Shown here: positions 28,486-38,940 of the stretch, one piece after another | Layout of the letters: the number at the start of each line of letters is the position of its first letter | Numbering within the stretch: position 1 is the stretch's first letter | Source: Patescibacteria group bacterium | GTDB taxonomy: Bacteria; Patescibacteriota; Microgenomatia; 2-02-FULL-39-11 | Assembly (NCBI GenBank): GCA_023379265.1 | Contig: JAMCUI010000009.1 | Location: 252,908-316,907, forward strand | Reading direction: 5' to 3' | Length of the DNA: 64,000 nt | Notes under the pieces: model-generated | What the model was told of the DNA's origin: nothing | Databases searched by the model: none | Seen by the model: only the letters and a program-made list of their open reading frames with translations | Translations under genes and position numbers: made by a program

Positions 28486-29233
28486 TGTAATTACCCCCTC
28501 ATTCAATCAGGGTAACTTTATTGCAGAAACTATAGACTCGGTTCTTTCCCAGGGATATAAGAATTTGGAGTATTGGATAATTGATGGAGGTTCAACAGAT
28601 GATACAATTTCGGTACTAAAAAGATACGGTAAGAAAATCCAATGGATGTCCAAAAAAGATAAAGGTCAAACAGATGCGATAAATAAAGGGATGGAAAAAG
28701 TGAGTGGGGATATAGTTACTTATCTTAACTCAGATGATATTTTATTACCGGGAAGTATAGAAAAAATTGCTGACTTTTTTTCTGTAAATCCGGATATATT
28801 CTGGATTACTGGGAAATGCAAGATAATAGATGAAAAAGGTAATGAAATAAGGAAACTGGTTACATTATACAAAAACTTCTGGCTGAAATATTCCAGAAAT
28901 CCAATATTTCTCTCTATTTTGAATTTCATTTCCCAGCCTGCGACTTTCTGGAGAGCAGAAGTAATAAAATCAGTCGGTTTATTTGACGCCAGTCTTTATT
29001 ACACTATGGACTATGATTATTGGTTAAGAATGAGTAGAATATATAAACTGGGTTTTATCGATGATTATCTAGCATCATTCAGGTTTCATGATAAATCAAA
29101 AAGCTCAAAAAATGTTAAGAAATTGATTGAAGAAGGTTATAAGGTGGTCAAAGGACATGATAAGGGAATGTTGCCGACAATACACAGGTTACACGATATT
29201 TTCACTCTAACCGCTTACTCTATTATTAAATAA
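28448..29233 (+). CDS. Family 2 glycosyltransferase
   Basis: 'ISVITPSFNQGNFIAETIDSVLSQ', 'YWIIDGGSTDDT' and 'YLNSDD'. The start could instead be 28457; it overlaps the upstream ORF. Confidence 0.75.
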   Translation: MKKMKKNPLPKISVITPSFNQGNFIAETIDSVLSQGYKNLEYWIIDGGSTDDTISVLKRYGKKIQWMSKKDKGQTDAINKGMEKVSGDIVTYLNSDDILLPGSIEKIADFFSVNPDIFWITGKCKIIDEKGNEIRKLVTLYKNFWLKYSRNPIFLSILNFISQPATFWRAEVIKSVGLFDASLYYTMDYDYWLRMSRIYKLGFIDDYLASFRFHDKSKSSKNVKKLIEEGYKVVKGHDKGMLPTIHRLHDIFTLTAYSIIK

Positions 29234-30187
<954 letters not shown>

Positions 30188-30199
30188 AATTTTGTATTT

Positions 30200-31222
30200 A
30201 TGGTTAGCAAGAGATTCTGGAAAAAGAAAAAAGTACTCGTAACAGGTGCTTCATTTATAGGGTCACATCTTATAGATAGACTGGTGGATATGGGAACGAA
30301 GGTAAGAGTAGTAAATATAAGTAAAAAACATCTACCCTTTTTTTCTAAACTAGTGAGAAGTGGCAGCGTTGAATTCATATCTAGAGATCTTCGTAATTTA
30401 GAAAATGCGCAAAAAAGTGTAAGAGGAATTGATATTGTTTTTCACCTTGCCTGTAATTACGGAGGTAGAGGATACATAGATTTACATCAGGGTTCTACCT
30501 CATCTAATTTGCTTCTTGATGGATCTGTATTTTTGGCTTCACTAAATGAAAGAGTGGAGAAAGTGGTTTTTGCCTCTTCAGGTTGTGTTTATCCAAATTT
30601 TTTACAGACTGATCCGAATAAAACAATATATCTCAAGGAAGAAATGGTGAAACCTCCATATGATGTAGATAATATGTACGGATGGGCAAAACTTATGGGT
30701 GAGATGACTTTGCGTGCATATTATAGAGATTTCGGATTAAAGTCCGTTTCATGCAGGTATTTTTCCGTCTATGGAGAAAGAGAGGCAGAGAACCATGCGG
30801 TGATCGCCATGATTGCCAAAGCCTTCATTAGACAAAATCCTTATGAAATCTGGGGTACGGGAGAACAGATAAGAAATTGGACTTATGTAGCCGATACTGT
30901 GGAAGGTACGCTTTTAGCTGCAGAAAAGATAAATGACGCAACATCGGTAAATCTTGGAACTACTGAGAGAACAAAAGTAATTGATGCGGCTCGGGAGATT
31001 TTACGTTGTACGGGATCTAATGCTAAAATAAAAGTTTTACCATCCATGCCTACAGGACCTTACAATAGGGTAGCCGATAACCGGCTGGCAAAAAAGCTTT
31101 TAGGTTGGGAGCCTCAGGTGAAGTTTATGGATGGGTTACATAGGACAATAGAATGGTATTTTGCCAACAAAAATGAAAATCAGATCAGAAATTGCTTAAA
31201 AAAGATTCTTTTAGGGAGCTAA
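30200..31222 (+). CDS. NAD-dependent epimerase/dehydratase family protein, diverged paralog of fcl
   Basis: The N-terminus '[21 protein letters not shown]' parallels fcl '[22 protein letters not shown]' but lacks one Gly of the Rossmann motif. 'YGWAKL' supplies YxxxK. 340 aa. Confidence 0.6.
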   Translation: MVSKRFWKKKKVLVTGASFIGSHLIDRLVDMGTKVRVVNISKKHLPFFSKLVRSGSVEFISRDLRNLENAQKSVRGIDIVFHLACNYGGRGYIDLHQGSTSSNLLLDGSVFLASLNERVEKVVFASSGCVYPNFLQTDPNKTIYLKEEMVKPPYDVDNMYGWAKLMGEMTLRAYYRDFGLKSVSCRYFSVYGEREAENHAVIAMIAKAFIRQNPYEIWGTGEQIRNWTYVADTVEGTLLAAEKINDATSVNLGTTERTKVIDAAREILRCTGSNAKIKVLPSMPTGPYNRVADNRLAKKLLGWEPQVKFMDGLHRTIEWYFANKNENQIRNCLKKILLGS

Positions 31223-31231
31223 CTTTCCCCT

Positions 31232-31259
31232 TTTACACGACCACCGGTTTTTATATACT
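31232..31259 (+). promoter_or_regulatory. Candidate sigma70-like promoter
   Basis: TTTACA (31232-31237), a 16-nt spacer, then TATACT (31254-31259), in the gap between the stop at 31222 and the ATG at 31279. Confidence 0.35.
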
Positions 31260-31278
31260 TACGTTATTCCATTTGCAT

Positions 31279-32934
31279 ATGTTACGAATGTTTTCCTCAA
31301 CAATAAAAAAACATACTCCACTTTTTTTTATAATTTTTGCTTATATACTTCTTATTTACCGATATTCCGGTTTCGTGCCACTTTGGGATTCTTTCGAGTA
31401 TGTCAATACTCATATGTACAAAGCCGTGATTTCACAATTTAGCCTGCTGAATTTTAACTTTGCCGAGCATGTTTCTTTTGCCTGGACACTACTTACCAGC
31501 TGGCCTCAGTATTTAAGCTTTGGAAATATGACTCTTCTTCATTTTACTGTAGCCTTTTTTACTGTTCTTTCAATTATTTCATTTTACGGTATATTAAAAC
31601 ACCTTTTTTCCGGCAATAAGCATAATATTGAAGTAAATCTATTGACATTCCTATACGCTTTCTATCCTCCTTTTGTAGCAAATGCCCTGCAATATAGTCC
31701 TGATTACGGAGTTTTGGTTTTCTATACAATTTTTCTTTATTTTTTGATTACTAAACATAAAAAACTTACCATTTTGTCGGGTCTATGTCTCGTATTTACA
31801 AAAGAAACAGGTATTGTCTTATACATAATAAGCATATTTATACTCCATCTTTTTACTATATTTGAACAAAGACTGAATAGAAAAAATATACAAAATTTCA
31901 TATGGAATTTTTCAGCATACATATTGCCTTTTTTATTCTATGTTTTTTTTCAGTTTATTAAGGTTTTGAATTTTAGGCAAGAAGTTTTACCTTGGTATTT
32001 AGATCCAATGTCAGGAAAATTGCAAATGCCGTTATTTCCGGCAAGTGTTGTCCAAAAAATCCCCTTTTCTTATTTTTTGGGGATTTTTGTAATAAATTTT
32101 AATTGGATCTTATCTACGTTCCTCATAATAGGATTGGTACTCAGTTTATTCCATTTTTTCTCTCAAAATAGCATGAAATCCGGAAAAACTTGGGGCATAA
32201 ATAAGTCAATTTCCTATTTATATATAGTTTTTCTTAGTGCAACGGCTATTTTCAGCCTTTATAAAATCTTTACCAATCTGAGATATTTTTTGCCGCTTTA
32301 TGTTTTTATGATTATATTATTTTATTTTGGTTTGAAATCTGTTTTTCGAAAAAGGCGTATTGTAATTTTCATATTATCGATTATAGTTATAGTTTTTTTT
32401 ATATCCTGTTTTAGGACTGTAGATCCGGTTTCAAGGAAAATTTACGGTACTTTCAAATTCGGAAATCACGACATTCTGGATATGACGTCGATTACAGGAG
32501 AATGTTGCGGATATGGACGTGATCAACTCGTATATAATCTTGAGTATACTCATTTACACTACCTTTTAAATGATTTGCTCCATAATATTCGTCCTCCCAA
32601 CGAAGATGCTTTTGCCTATAATCTTCATGCAGGACCATTTCTATTTCCAGTTTGGGATAAAAGCAATTTTTCCAGAACTGTAAGCCATAAGAATGTACAC
32701 CCGGTATATATAATCAACTGGTATAGTTATCTTTATAATAAGCCTAAAATAATCTATTATATTGAAATGCCCAATACTGACAATACAAATTATCTCCAGT
32801 GGTATGAGACCAGAATGTATAGCCCGACTTTGAAATTACATTATGCTTTAGTGAAAGAAATGAGTTTTGATGATGACGGATACGCCCTTAAAGTATATAA
32901 GTTGAAATATAAAAGTGAGACACCTACCAGATAG
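31279..32934 (+). CDS. Polytopic membrane protein of unknown family (possible GT-C-like transferase or polymerase)
   Basis: At least 12 hydrophobic segments and a soluble C-terminal ~150 aa. 'VPLWDSFEYVNTHMY' acidic/aromatic first loop. Start chosen at the first ATG after the upstream stop; the track ORF begins at 31192. Confidence 0.35.
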   Translation: MLRMFSSTIKKHTPLFFIIFAYILLIYRYSGFVPLWDSFEYVNTHMYKAVISQFSLLNFNFAEHVSFAWTLLTSWPQYLSFGNMTLLHFTVAFFTVLSIISFYGILKHLFSGNKHNIEVNLLTFLYAFYPPFVANALQYSPDYGVLVFYTIFLYFLITKHKKLTILSGLCLVFTKETGIVLYIISIFILHLFTIFEQRLNRKNIQNFIWNFSAYILPFLFYVFFQFIKVLNFRQEVLPWYLDPMSGKLQMPLFPASVVQKIPFSYFLGIFVINFNWILSTFLIIGLVLSLFHFFSQNSMKSGKTWGINKSISYLYIVFLSATAIFSLYKIFTNLRYFLPLYVFMIILFYFGLKSVFRKRRIVIFILSIIVIVFFISCFRTVDPVSRKIYGTFKFGNHDILDMTSITGECCGYGRDQLVYNLEYTHLHYLLNDLLHNIRPPNEDAFAYNLHAGPFLFPVWDKSNFSRTVSHKNVHPVYIINWYSYLYNKPKIIYYIEMPNTDNTNYLQWYETRMYSPTLKLHYALVKEMSFDDDGYALKVYKLKYKSETPTR

Positions 32935-32955
32935 TTATATCCGGAGGAGGAGATA

Positions 32956-34236
32956 TCAGAATCTTTTAAGAAATCTTTCTATCATCCTTTTGGTATATTC
33001 GATCATATCAGAGTTTATTCCTGGAAAAACTCCCAACCAGAAAGCTCGCGCCATCACTTCGTCGGCATTTACTATTTTTCCTGCAGTTTTATATTTTATT
33101 TTCAGGTACGCCGGATGCCGCAGAAGGTTTCCTGAAAAGACATTTCTGGTACCTATTCTTTCTTTTTCCAGATATTCAGTAAGCTGATTTCTGGTAAACG
33201 GTGCTTCCTTTCTGACAAGAAGTGGAAATCCAAACCAGCAAGGATCTTCTTTATCTGTTGGAGTAAGAAGTTCGAAGAATTTGATATATTTACTGAAGAA
33301 TTTATATAACTTTTTATAATTCTCTTTCCTTATTTTTATAAAATACGGCAGTTTTGAGAGTTGAGCCAAGCCAATGGCGGCTTGGAAATCCGTAAGTTTC
33401 AGATTGAAACCTATTTGTGAATAGATATATTTATGGTCGTAGCCTGCCGGCAACTCTCCCATCTTCCAGCCAAACCTCTTGCCGCATGTATCATCTTTTC
33501 CCGTATCACACCAGCAGTCCCTGCCCCAGTCGCGAAATTGCCTGATTGAGCGGTGGATAAGGGGGTTATTGGTAACTACCGCTCCTCCTTCACCCATTGT
33601 AATCTGATGAGCAGGATAAAAGGAGAATGTGGATATATCGCCATATGTTCCCACCATTTTCCCGTCATAACGGCTTCCCAAGGCATCGCAGCAGTCCTCA
33701 ATCAACCATAGATGGTATTTTTTGGCTAGTGCCACTATTTTATCCAGATTATAGGGATTACCAAGGGTGTGAGCGACCATTATCAGTTTTGTCTTTTTGG
33801 TTATCGCTTTTTCGATTTTGTCCGTGTCGATGTTAAGAGAAGAAAGTTCGGCGTCCACAAAGACAGGCGTCATGCCAAAGATGATGCCGGGGTTGACGGT
33901 CGTGGGGAAGGCGACAGCGCCGGTAATGAACTCATCACCTTTTTGTAAACGCCTTTCACCAAAAACTTTTGATGTAAGGGAAAAAAAGGCAGCCAGATTG
34001 GCAGAAGAGCCTGAGTTTACCAATGAAACATAACGTACTCCAAGGAAACGCGCGAATTCCCTTTCAAACTCTTTGGCAAATCGTCCTTCTGTCCACCAAC
34101 CATCTTTTGCTGCTGAGACGGCATTTTCTATTTCGTTTTCGTCAAATACTTTTCCAGAAGCTGGAATATAAGTCTTTCCCGGTATAAATGTTGTATCGTA
34201 AGGCATAGAGTATATTAACTTTGTATTATAATACAT
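32956..34236 (-). CDS. ddhC: CDP-6-deoxy-D-xylo-4-hexulose 3-dehydrase (E1; PMP-dependent Fe-S enzyme, DegT/DnrJ/EryC1 superfamily)
   Basis: Collinear with Salmonella RfbH: 'PASGKVF', 'GSSANL', 'AFPTTVNP', 'LIMVAHTLGN' (His in place of the PLP lysine), 'LIEDCCDALG', 'FYPAHQITMGEGGAV' and 'RDWGRDCWCDTGKDDTCGKRFG' (Fe-S cysteine cluster). Confidence 0.85.
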   Translation of the reverse strand: MYYNTKLIYSMPYDTTFIPGKTYIPASGKVFDENEIENAVSAAKDGWWTEGRFAKEFEREFARFLGVRYVSLVNSGSSANLAAFFSLTSKVFGERRLQKGDEFITGAVAFPTTVNPGIIFGMTPVFVDAELSSLNIDTDKIEKAITKKTKLIMVAHTLGNPYNLDKIVALAKKYHLWLIEDCCDALGSRYDGKMVGTYGDISTFSFYPAHQITMGEGGAVVTNNPLIHRSIRQFRDWGRDCWCDTGKDDTCGKRFGWKMGELPAGYDHKYIYSQIGFNLKLTDFQAAIGLAQLSKLPYFIKIRKENYKKLYKFFSKYIKFFELLTPTDKEDPCWFGFPLLVRKEAPFTRNQLTEYLEKERIGTRNVFSGNLLRHPAYLKIKYKTAGKIVNADEVMARAFWLGVFPGINSDMIEYTKRMIERFLKRF

Positions 34237-34265
34237 GGCAATTACTTATAGAAATTAATTTCCAG

Positions 34266-34973
34266 ATGGGAACTGCTTCACTATCAATAATTTTGCCGGT
34301 ATTCAATGAAAAAGAAGTTATAGAATATGTCCTTTCGGAATGGAAAACGCTTCTCGAAAAAAACAAAATCCCTTTCAATTTCGTCATTTGTGAGGATGGC
34401 TCAACTGATGGAACAAAAGAATTATTAAAAAGACTAAAATTGAATTATCCTATTATCCTCAATCAGAAAAGGAAAAGGAGAGGTTACGGTAATGCAGTAC
34501 TTGATGGTATAAAGTCTGCATTGTCAGAGTTTTTACTTTGTGTCGATTCTGACGGTCAATGTGATCCAGAAGATTTTCTTAAGTTTTGGAAGGAGAGAAT
34601 GTCGGCAGACATACTGATTGGGAGGAGACGGGAAAGGTCCGATCCTCTACAAAGAAAAGTATTTTCTAATTTATTTAGAATAGTCCATAAAACACTTTTT
34701 ACAACGTCTATACATGATCCATCTACTCCCTTTGTCTTATTTAGAAAGAAGGTAGTTACTCCCTATATAAATTATTTGACTTACTTAAACGAAGGATTTT
34801 GGTGGGGTTTTATAGCTATGGCTGTTAAGGCTAAATTATCCGTAAATGAAATACCGATTAACCATCGTAAAACACTATGTAGTGTCAAGACAAAGGTCTA
34901 TACACTAGATAAAATTCCGTCTATTGCTTTCAGAAATCTGTTAGGACTTTTTCGTTTATACTTTACAAAATAA
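34266..34973 (+). CDS. Polyprenyl-phosphate glycosyltransferase, GT2 Dpm1/GtrB-like
   Basis: 'SLSIILPVFNEKEVI', 'FVICEDGSTDGT', 'VDSDGQCDPED' and 'GRRRERSDPLQRKVFSNLFRIV...DPSTPFVLFRKKVV' (ArnC/GtrB-type). The track ORF starts at a TTG at 34221; the ATG at 34266 is preferred. Confidence 0.6.
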   Translation: MGTASLSIILPVFNEKEVIEYVLSEWKTLLEKNKIPFNFVICEDGSTDGTKELLKRLKLNYPIILNQKRKRRGYGNAVLDGIKSALSEFLLCVDSDGQCDPEDFLKFWKERMSADILIGRRRERSDPLQRKVFSNLFRIVHKTLFTTSIHDPSTPFVLFRKKVVTPYINYLTYLNEGFWWGFIAMAVKAKLSVNEIPINHRKTLCSVKTKVYTLDKIPSIAFRNLLGLFRLYFTK

Positions 34974-34986
34974 ACGCTTATTGATT

Positions 34987-36045
34987 TCAAAAAGTAATTA
35001 TTTTATTTTTTAAGCCAAGTTTTTTTATATCTTTTAGAATTTCCTTCTTAAAGCGGAATGAGGAGACGAGTATCGGTTCTTTGTAATTCTCTAGATTTTC
35101 TGGCGGGATTATATCAATTCCTTTTAATTTTTTTCCTTGAAGATTTGTATTCCTATCTGCTAATTTAATAGTTTTTTGGGCAAGATTAGTGGTTGAAAGT
35201 AAGCGTTCGGTAAGAGATCCTGCACCCCAAACAATTATTCTTTCAGGAGCGGCATCAATAACCCGGTTTATCCTATCCATTTTTGATTGTGATAATTGGA
35301 TATACTTGACCATAGAATTTCTTACGCCTCCATCTTTTTGCCACACTGAATAGATAGCCTTCCCGTCTGAAGATACATACAACGGAAAAAATTCATACAT
35401 TAGAGAATGAAGTGAGGATTTGCCAAAAAAATTGATATGTTCCAGTGAAAATTCTCCAAAAGGTTCTTCGAAATTTCTGTAAAAATTATCTGCATCAGGT
35501 ACGCATATGAATATTTTCCCTCCATCATTTATAAGACTGCCCAGTATGTGTATGGCTAAAGTGACTTTATCCAGATGTTCAAGAACGGCCGAAAGAATAA
35601 GGAAGTCATATTTTTTAGTGCCTGATTTCAGGTTGAACAGATCATTTGTTTCTACAGTAATGCCGTATTTCTTTTTTGCCATTTCTTTGCAGCGGGGAGC
35701 GGGGTCGACTCCGGAAAGGTTTTTGAAACCGTCTGTTTTGAGGAGATAAAGGAGATGTCCGGTTGAGCAGCCTATGTCCATGATGCGGTCTGATTTGTTT
35801 ATAAATTGTTCAATTATTTTAACGCAGTCTTTATGCAACTGGAAGTCCCGCGTGTCTTCATATTTTGACATTTTTTCATAATATTTGGCATAGTAAGTCT
35901 GTCTTGGGGAATTATTTACAAAAACAAATCCGCACCTGTTACATAAGGCAATATTATGTATTAGACCACCAACAAATTTCTGCGTAAACAATACGGTATT
36001 ATTTCTGCTGGTACAGATAGGACATGGTCTAACAGTCTGTCTCAT
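34987..36045 (-). CDS. NDP-hexose C-methyltransferase family protein (TylC3/EvaC-like): Zn-ribbon + class I SAM MTase + C-methyltransferase C-terminal domain
   Basis: N-terminal 'CPIC...CNRCGF' four-Cys ribbon. 'IMDIGCSTGHLLYLL...LSGVDPAPRCKEMAKKKYGI' SAM fold. C-terminal 'IIVWGAGSLTERLL...ADRNTNLQGKKLKGIDIIPPENL' resembles the Methyltransf_14 domain. Confidence 0.6.
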   Translation of the reverse strand: MRQTVRPCPICTSRNNTVLFTQKFVGGLIHNIALCNRCGFVFVNNSPRQTYYAKYYEKMSKYEDTRDFQLHKDCVKIIEQFINKSDRIMDIGCSTGHLLYLLKTDGFKNLSGVDPAPRCKEMAKKKYGITVETNDLFNLKSGTKKYDFLILSAVLEHLDKVTLAIHILGSLINDGGKIFICVPDADNFYRNFEEPFGEFSLEHINFFGKSSLHSLMYEFFPLYVSSDGKAIYSVWQKDGGVRNSMVKYIQLSQSKMDRINRVIDAAPERIIVWGAGSLTERLLSTTNLAQKTIKLADRNTNLQGKKLKGIDIIPPENLENYKEPILVSSFRFKKEILKDIKKLGLKNKIITF

Positions 36046-36977
36046 TTATTCTTGTTTCCAATAATTTTATCGATGATATAAGTCGGCCTGGCTTTGGTTT
36101 CTTCCACTATTACCTGTATATATTTGCCTATTATACTGATGGCCAAAAGCTGTATTCCTCCAAAAAAGACGATTGAAACTAATATGGTGACAGCACCCTT
36201 TATTGGGTTGCCGTAAATAATACTTATGAGGATATATAAGATAATAAAAAGAAATGACAAGATTACCAATATGAATCCGAAATAAGCCATCAGATCCAAT
36301 AGTAGGTATGAAAATCCAAATACACCCCTTTCAGCATGCTTAAAGTAATCGAGTATGTTATAAGAACTTTTACCTTTTTTTCTTTTGGGCCGGTCGTACA
36401 AGACATAAGCCGTATCAAATCCTACCCATGCCCTGAGTCCTCTGAAAAATCTGTATTTTTCTGGTAATGATTTGATAGCCTGCTGCACCTTTTTATCCAT
36501 AAGTCCATATCCGCTGGCGTTTACCGGAATTTCGATATTTGATATGAGCTTAAAAATTTTGTAGAAAAGCTTTCTGAAAAATATGGTGATAAAATAGTCA
36601 TCAATCTTTTTATACACTCCAACAACAACCTGGTAACCTTTTTCCCATCTTTTAATAAATTCCTTGATGAGATCCGGAGGGTCTTGAAGGTCTGCAGCAA
36701 AGCCGATTATTGCCTCACCTGTAGCCTGATCATATCCCGCCTGAGCAGAAGCTTCCGCGCCGAAATTTCGTGAAAGGAATATTCCTGTAACCCTTCTATC
36801 TTTTCTGACTATTTTGGAGATTATGTCCCTGGAGTTGTCGCTGCTGCCATTATCCACAAAAACAAATTCATAAGAATATTTGGGAATCTGCTTTGTTACT
36901 CTCAATAGGGTTTTATAAGCATTTTCCAAATTTAATTCTTCGTTGAAGCAGGGGATGACAAAAGAAATTTTCTTCAT
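36042..36977 (-). CDS. Membrane-anchored polyprenyl-phosphate glycosyltransferase (GtrB/ArnC-like GT2 with two C-terminal TM helices)
   Basis: 'ISFVIPCFNEELNL', 'FVFVDNGSSDNS', 'FAADLQDPPDLI' and two C-terminal hydrophobic helices ('FILVILSFLFIILYILISII' and 'VTILVSIVFFGGIQLLAISIIG'). Confidence 0.7.
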   Translation of the reverse strand: MKKISFVIPCFNEELNLENAYKTLLRVTKQIPKYSYEFVFVDNGSSDNSRDIISKIVRKDRRVTGIFLSRNFGAEASAQAGYDQATGEAIIGFAADLQDPPDLIKEFIKRWEKGYQVVVGVYKKIDDYFITIFFRKLFYKIFKLISNIEIPVNASGYGLMDKKVQQAIKSLPEKYRFFRGLRAWVGFDTAYVLYDRPKRKKGKSSYNILDYFKHAERGVFGFSYLLLDLMAYFGFILVILSFLFIILYILISIIYGNPIKGAVTILVSIVFFGGIQLLAISIIGKYIQVIVEETKARPTYIIDKIIGNKNK

Positions 36978-36990
36978 ACGAGGTAAAAAT

Positions 36991-37809
36991 TTATTTTATG
37001 AGATTTCGGATTCTTTTTACTGCCGTCTTAAAACCAGCAAAACCGTCCGTATATCCAAGCCAGATTTCAGGGACGATCATTCCTTTATATTTTTTTAATT
37101 TCTCAAAGATTGGTTTGAAATTTATTTCCCCATCGCCAATTTGCACACCCTCGCCATCCTCACCTGTTGCATCTGCGATGTGAAGATGAGCCATATTCTG
37201 GATAAAAATCTCAAATTGAGCCATAAAATCCTTTTTTGCATAATTACAATACAATTTGGAGTGAGAAATGTCGTAGCAGATTTTTCTTTTTGTAGTTTTG
37301 CAAAACTCACCGATTTCCTCACCATCCATAAATATATTCGAGTTCCATTGCCCACCGAAATACCAGGGAAGAGGAGGCAGATTTTCTACCAGAATTTCAG
37401 AATTTTCGGTTCGTAAGAGAGATAGACTCTTTATGAGCGTTTCCATCCTGTAAATGTTATTCTTGGGTATATCTTTTTCATATGACATGCCTCCGGGATG
37501 CAAGATAAAAATATTTCTTTCATTAGTGAAATAGCTGAAAAATTTTTCGCTTTTAGAAATTATATTTTGCAGAATATCAAGTGATTCATTTAGAGGTAAT
37601 ACCTGATTCTCCGGTTTAATGTTTGAGATGTCTATCAAGTGTCCGCTCCAAAATTCGGGGAGATGGATTATGGCAGGAATAGGATATTTTATTTTTGGGG
37701 AAAAAGGGTAATCTGCATCTTTGTCAGAGAATTGGAATTCCACAAATTCTGGATCAAGTTCCATGACTTGGTCAAAATCTGAAAATCTGGTTTTCAAACC
37801 TATTTTCAT
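36991..37809 (-). CDS. Xylose isomerase-like TIM-barrel protein (sugar phosphate isomerase/epimerase family)
   Basis: 'NMAHLHIADATGEDGEG' (metal-binding H-x-H-x-x-D type) and 'MIVPEIWLGY'. 272 aa. Confidence 0.5.
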   Translation of the reverse strand: MKIGLKTRFSDFDQVMELDPEFVEFQFSDKDADYPFSPKIKYPIPAIIHLPEFWSGHLIDISNIKPENQVLPLNESLDILQNIISKSEKFFSYFTNERNIFILHPGGMSYEKDIPKNNIYRMETLIKSLSLLRTENSEILVENLPPLPWYFGGQWNSNIFMDGEEIGEFCKTTKRKICYDISHSKLYCNYAKKDFMAQFEIFIQNMAHLHIADATGEDGEGVQIGDGEINFKPIFEKLKKYKGMIVPEIWLGYTDGFAGFKTAVKRIRNLIK

Positions 37810-37815
37810 ATCTAA

Positions 37816-38862
37816 TCATTGAATATCGCTATGGATGAAATAATCATTTTTAGCTATATTTCTTTTTGTTTTTTTACCTATAAGCTTATCAATGAGCTGG
37901 GGACTGAGACCTTTACCCGGGCTTTTTACATCAATCATTCTGTGAGTAATTACTTCTCCTGCCTTTATTGGGACTGCGGCCACCAGACTTTTGCCAAAGA
38001 CTTCCCTAGTCAATATTTCCCCTCTGGCTATAGTTCTTATGCCGTTTCCTATTGCCACTTCTGCGACTCGAATTCTGTCCACCATTTTCTTTAACCCTTC
38101 GGGCATGATAGATAAATTATGATCGGGTCCGTCCATAGAGCGGTCAAGCGTAAAATGCTTCTCAATAATGTTTGCTCCCAATGCTACTGCACAGACTGCA
38201 ACAGTGATTCCTCTTTCATGTCCAGAGTAACCTACCGGTACTTTATACGTTTCTTTTAAGACATTAATCATCTTTAAGTTAACATCCTTGAAATTGGCCG
38301 GGTAAGTACTTACGCAATGCATAAGTGCGAATTTAGCTTTGTTTTTGTTGAGAAATTTTACCGTATAGTCTATTTCTGACGGATTTGACATACCTGTTGA
38401 AAGTATTATAGGTTTTTTAGTTTTAATAATTCGATGAATTAATGGTATATTTGTTAGATCTCCAGAGGCGATTTTATATAGAGGAACTTGAAGGGATTCT
38501 AAAAATTCTACGCTTTCCAAATCAAATGGTGTCGCAAAAAAAATAATCCCTATTTCGTCACAGTACTTTTTCAATTCTATATATTCACTTTTATCAAGTT
38601 CATATTTCTTAAATATGGAAAATAGATATACTGTTGATTGACTATCCTGGTTGGGATCGTTGTATACATCTTCTTTGTATATCGCCTTCAAATCCCTTTT
38701 TTGAAACTTTACCGCATCAGCGCCGCTGTCTTTAGCCAGTTTTATCATTTTCTTAGCCAGCGAAAGATTACCGTTATGGTTTAAGCCTATTTCTGCCACT
38801 ACAAATGTAGGATGCCCTTCACCTATCAGTCTTCCGTTTATATTCAGAGTACGGTCATTCAT
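37816..38862 (-). CDS. NeuB-family nonulosonic acid (sialic/pseudaminic/legionaminic-type) synthase with C-terminal SAF domain
   Basis: 'GHPTFVVAEIGLNHNGNLSLAKKMIKLAKDSGADAVKFQKR', 'LMHCVSTYPA' and 'GYSGHERG', plus a C-terminal antifreeze-like domain 'VAAVPIKAGEVIT'. Confidence 0.8.
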   Translation of the reverse strand: MNDRTLNINGRLIGEGHPTFVVAEIGLNHNGNLSLAKKMIKLAKDSGADAVKFQKRDLKAIYKEDVYNDPNQDSQSTVYLFSIFKKYELDKSEYIELKKYCDEIGIIFFATPFDLESVEFLESLQVPLYKIASGDLTNIPLIHRIIKTKKPIILSTGMSNPSEIDYTVKFLNKNKAKFALMHCVSTYPANFKDVNLKMINVLKETYKVPVGYSGHERGITVAVCAVALGANIIEKHFTLDRSMDGPDHNLSIMPEGLKKMVDRIRVAEVAIGNGIRTIARGEILTREVFGKSLVAAVPIKAGEVITHRMIDVKSPGKGLSPQLIDKLIGKKTKRNIAKNDYFIHSDIQ

Positions 38863-38940
38863 AAAAAGTTATTATACATTTTATTTTTTCTTATGACCAG
38901 CTGGCTAATTAAAAACCGATTGTACTGTTACTCTTACACT

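Noticed and set aside
32915-33187. 90-aa plus-strand ORF overlapping the 3' end of ddhC
   Set aside because: It is antisense to the highly conserved C-terminus of ddhC and is itself unconserved.
38886-38900. CCAGCTGG-centred palindrome (GACCAGCTGGC) between the reductase gene and neuB on the minus strand
   Set aside because: It is a short 8-bp perfect palindrome with no partner half-site or recognisable -35/-10 context. Function cannot be supported.
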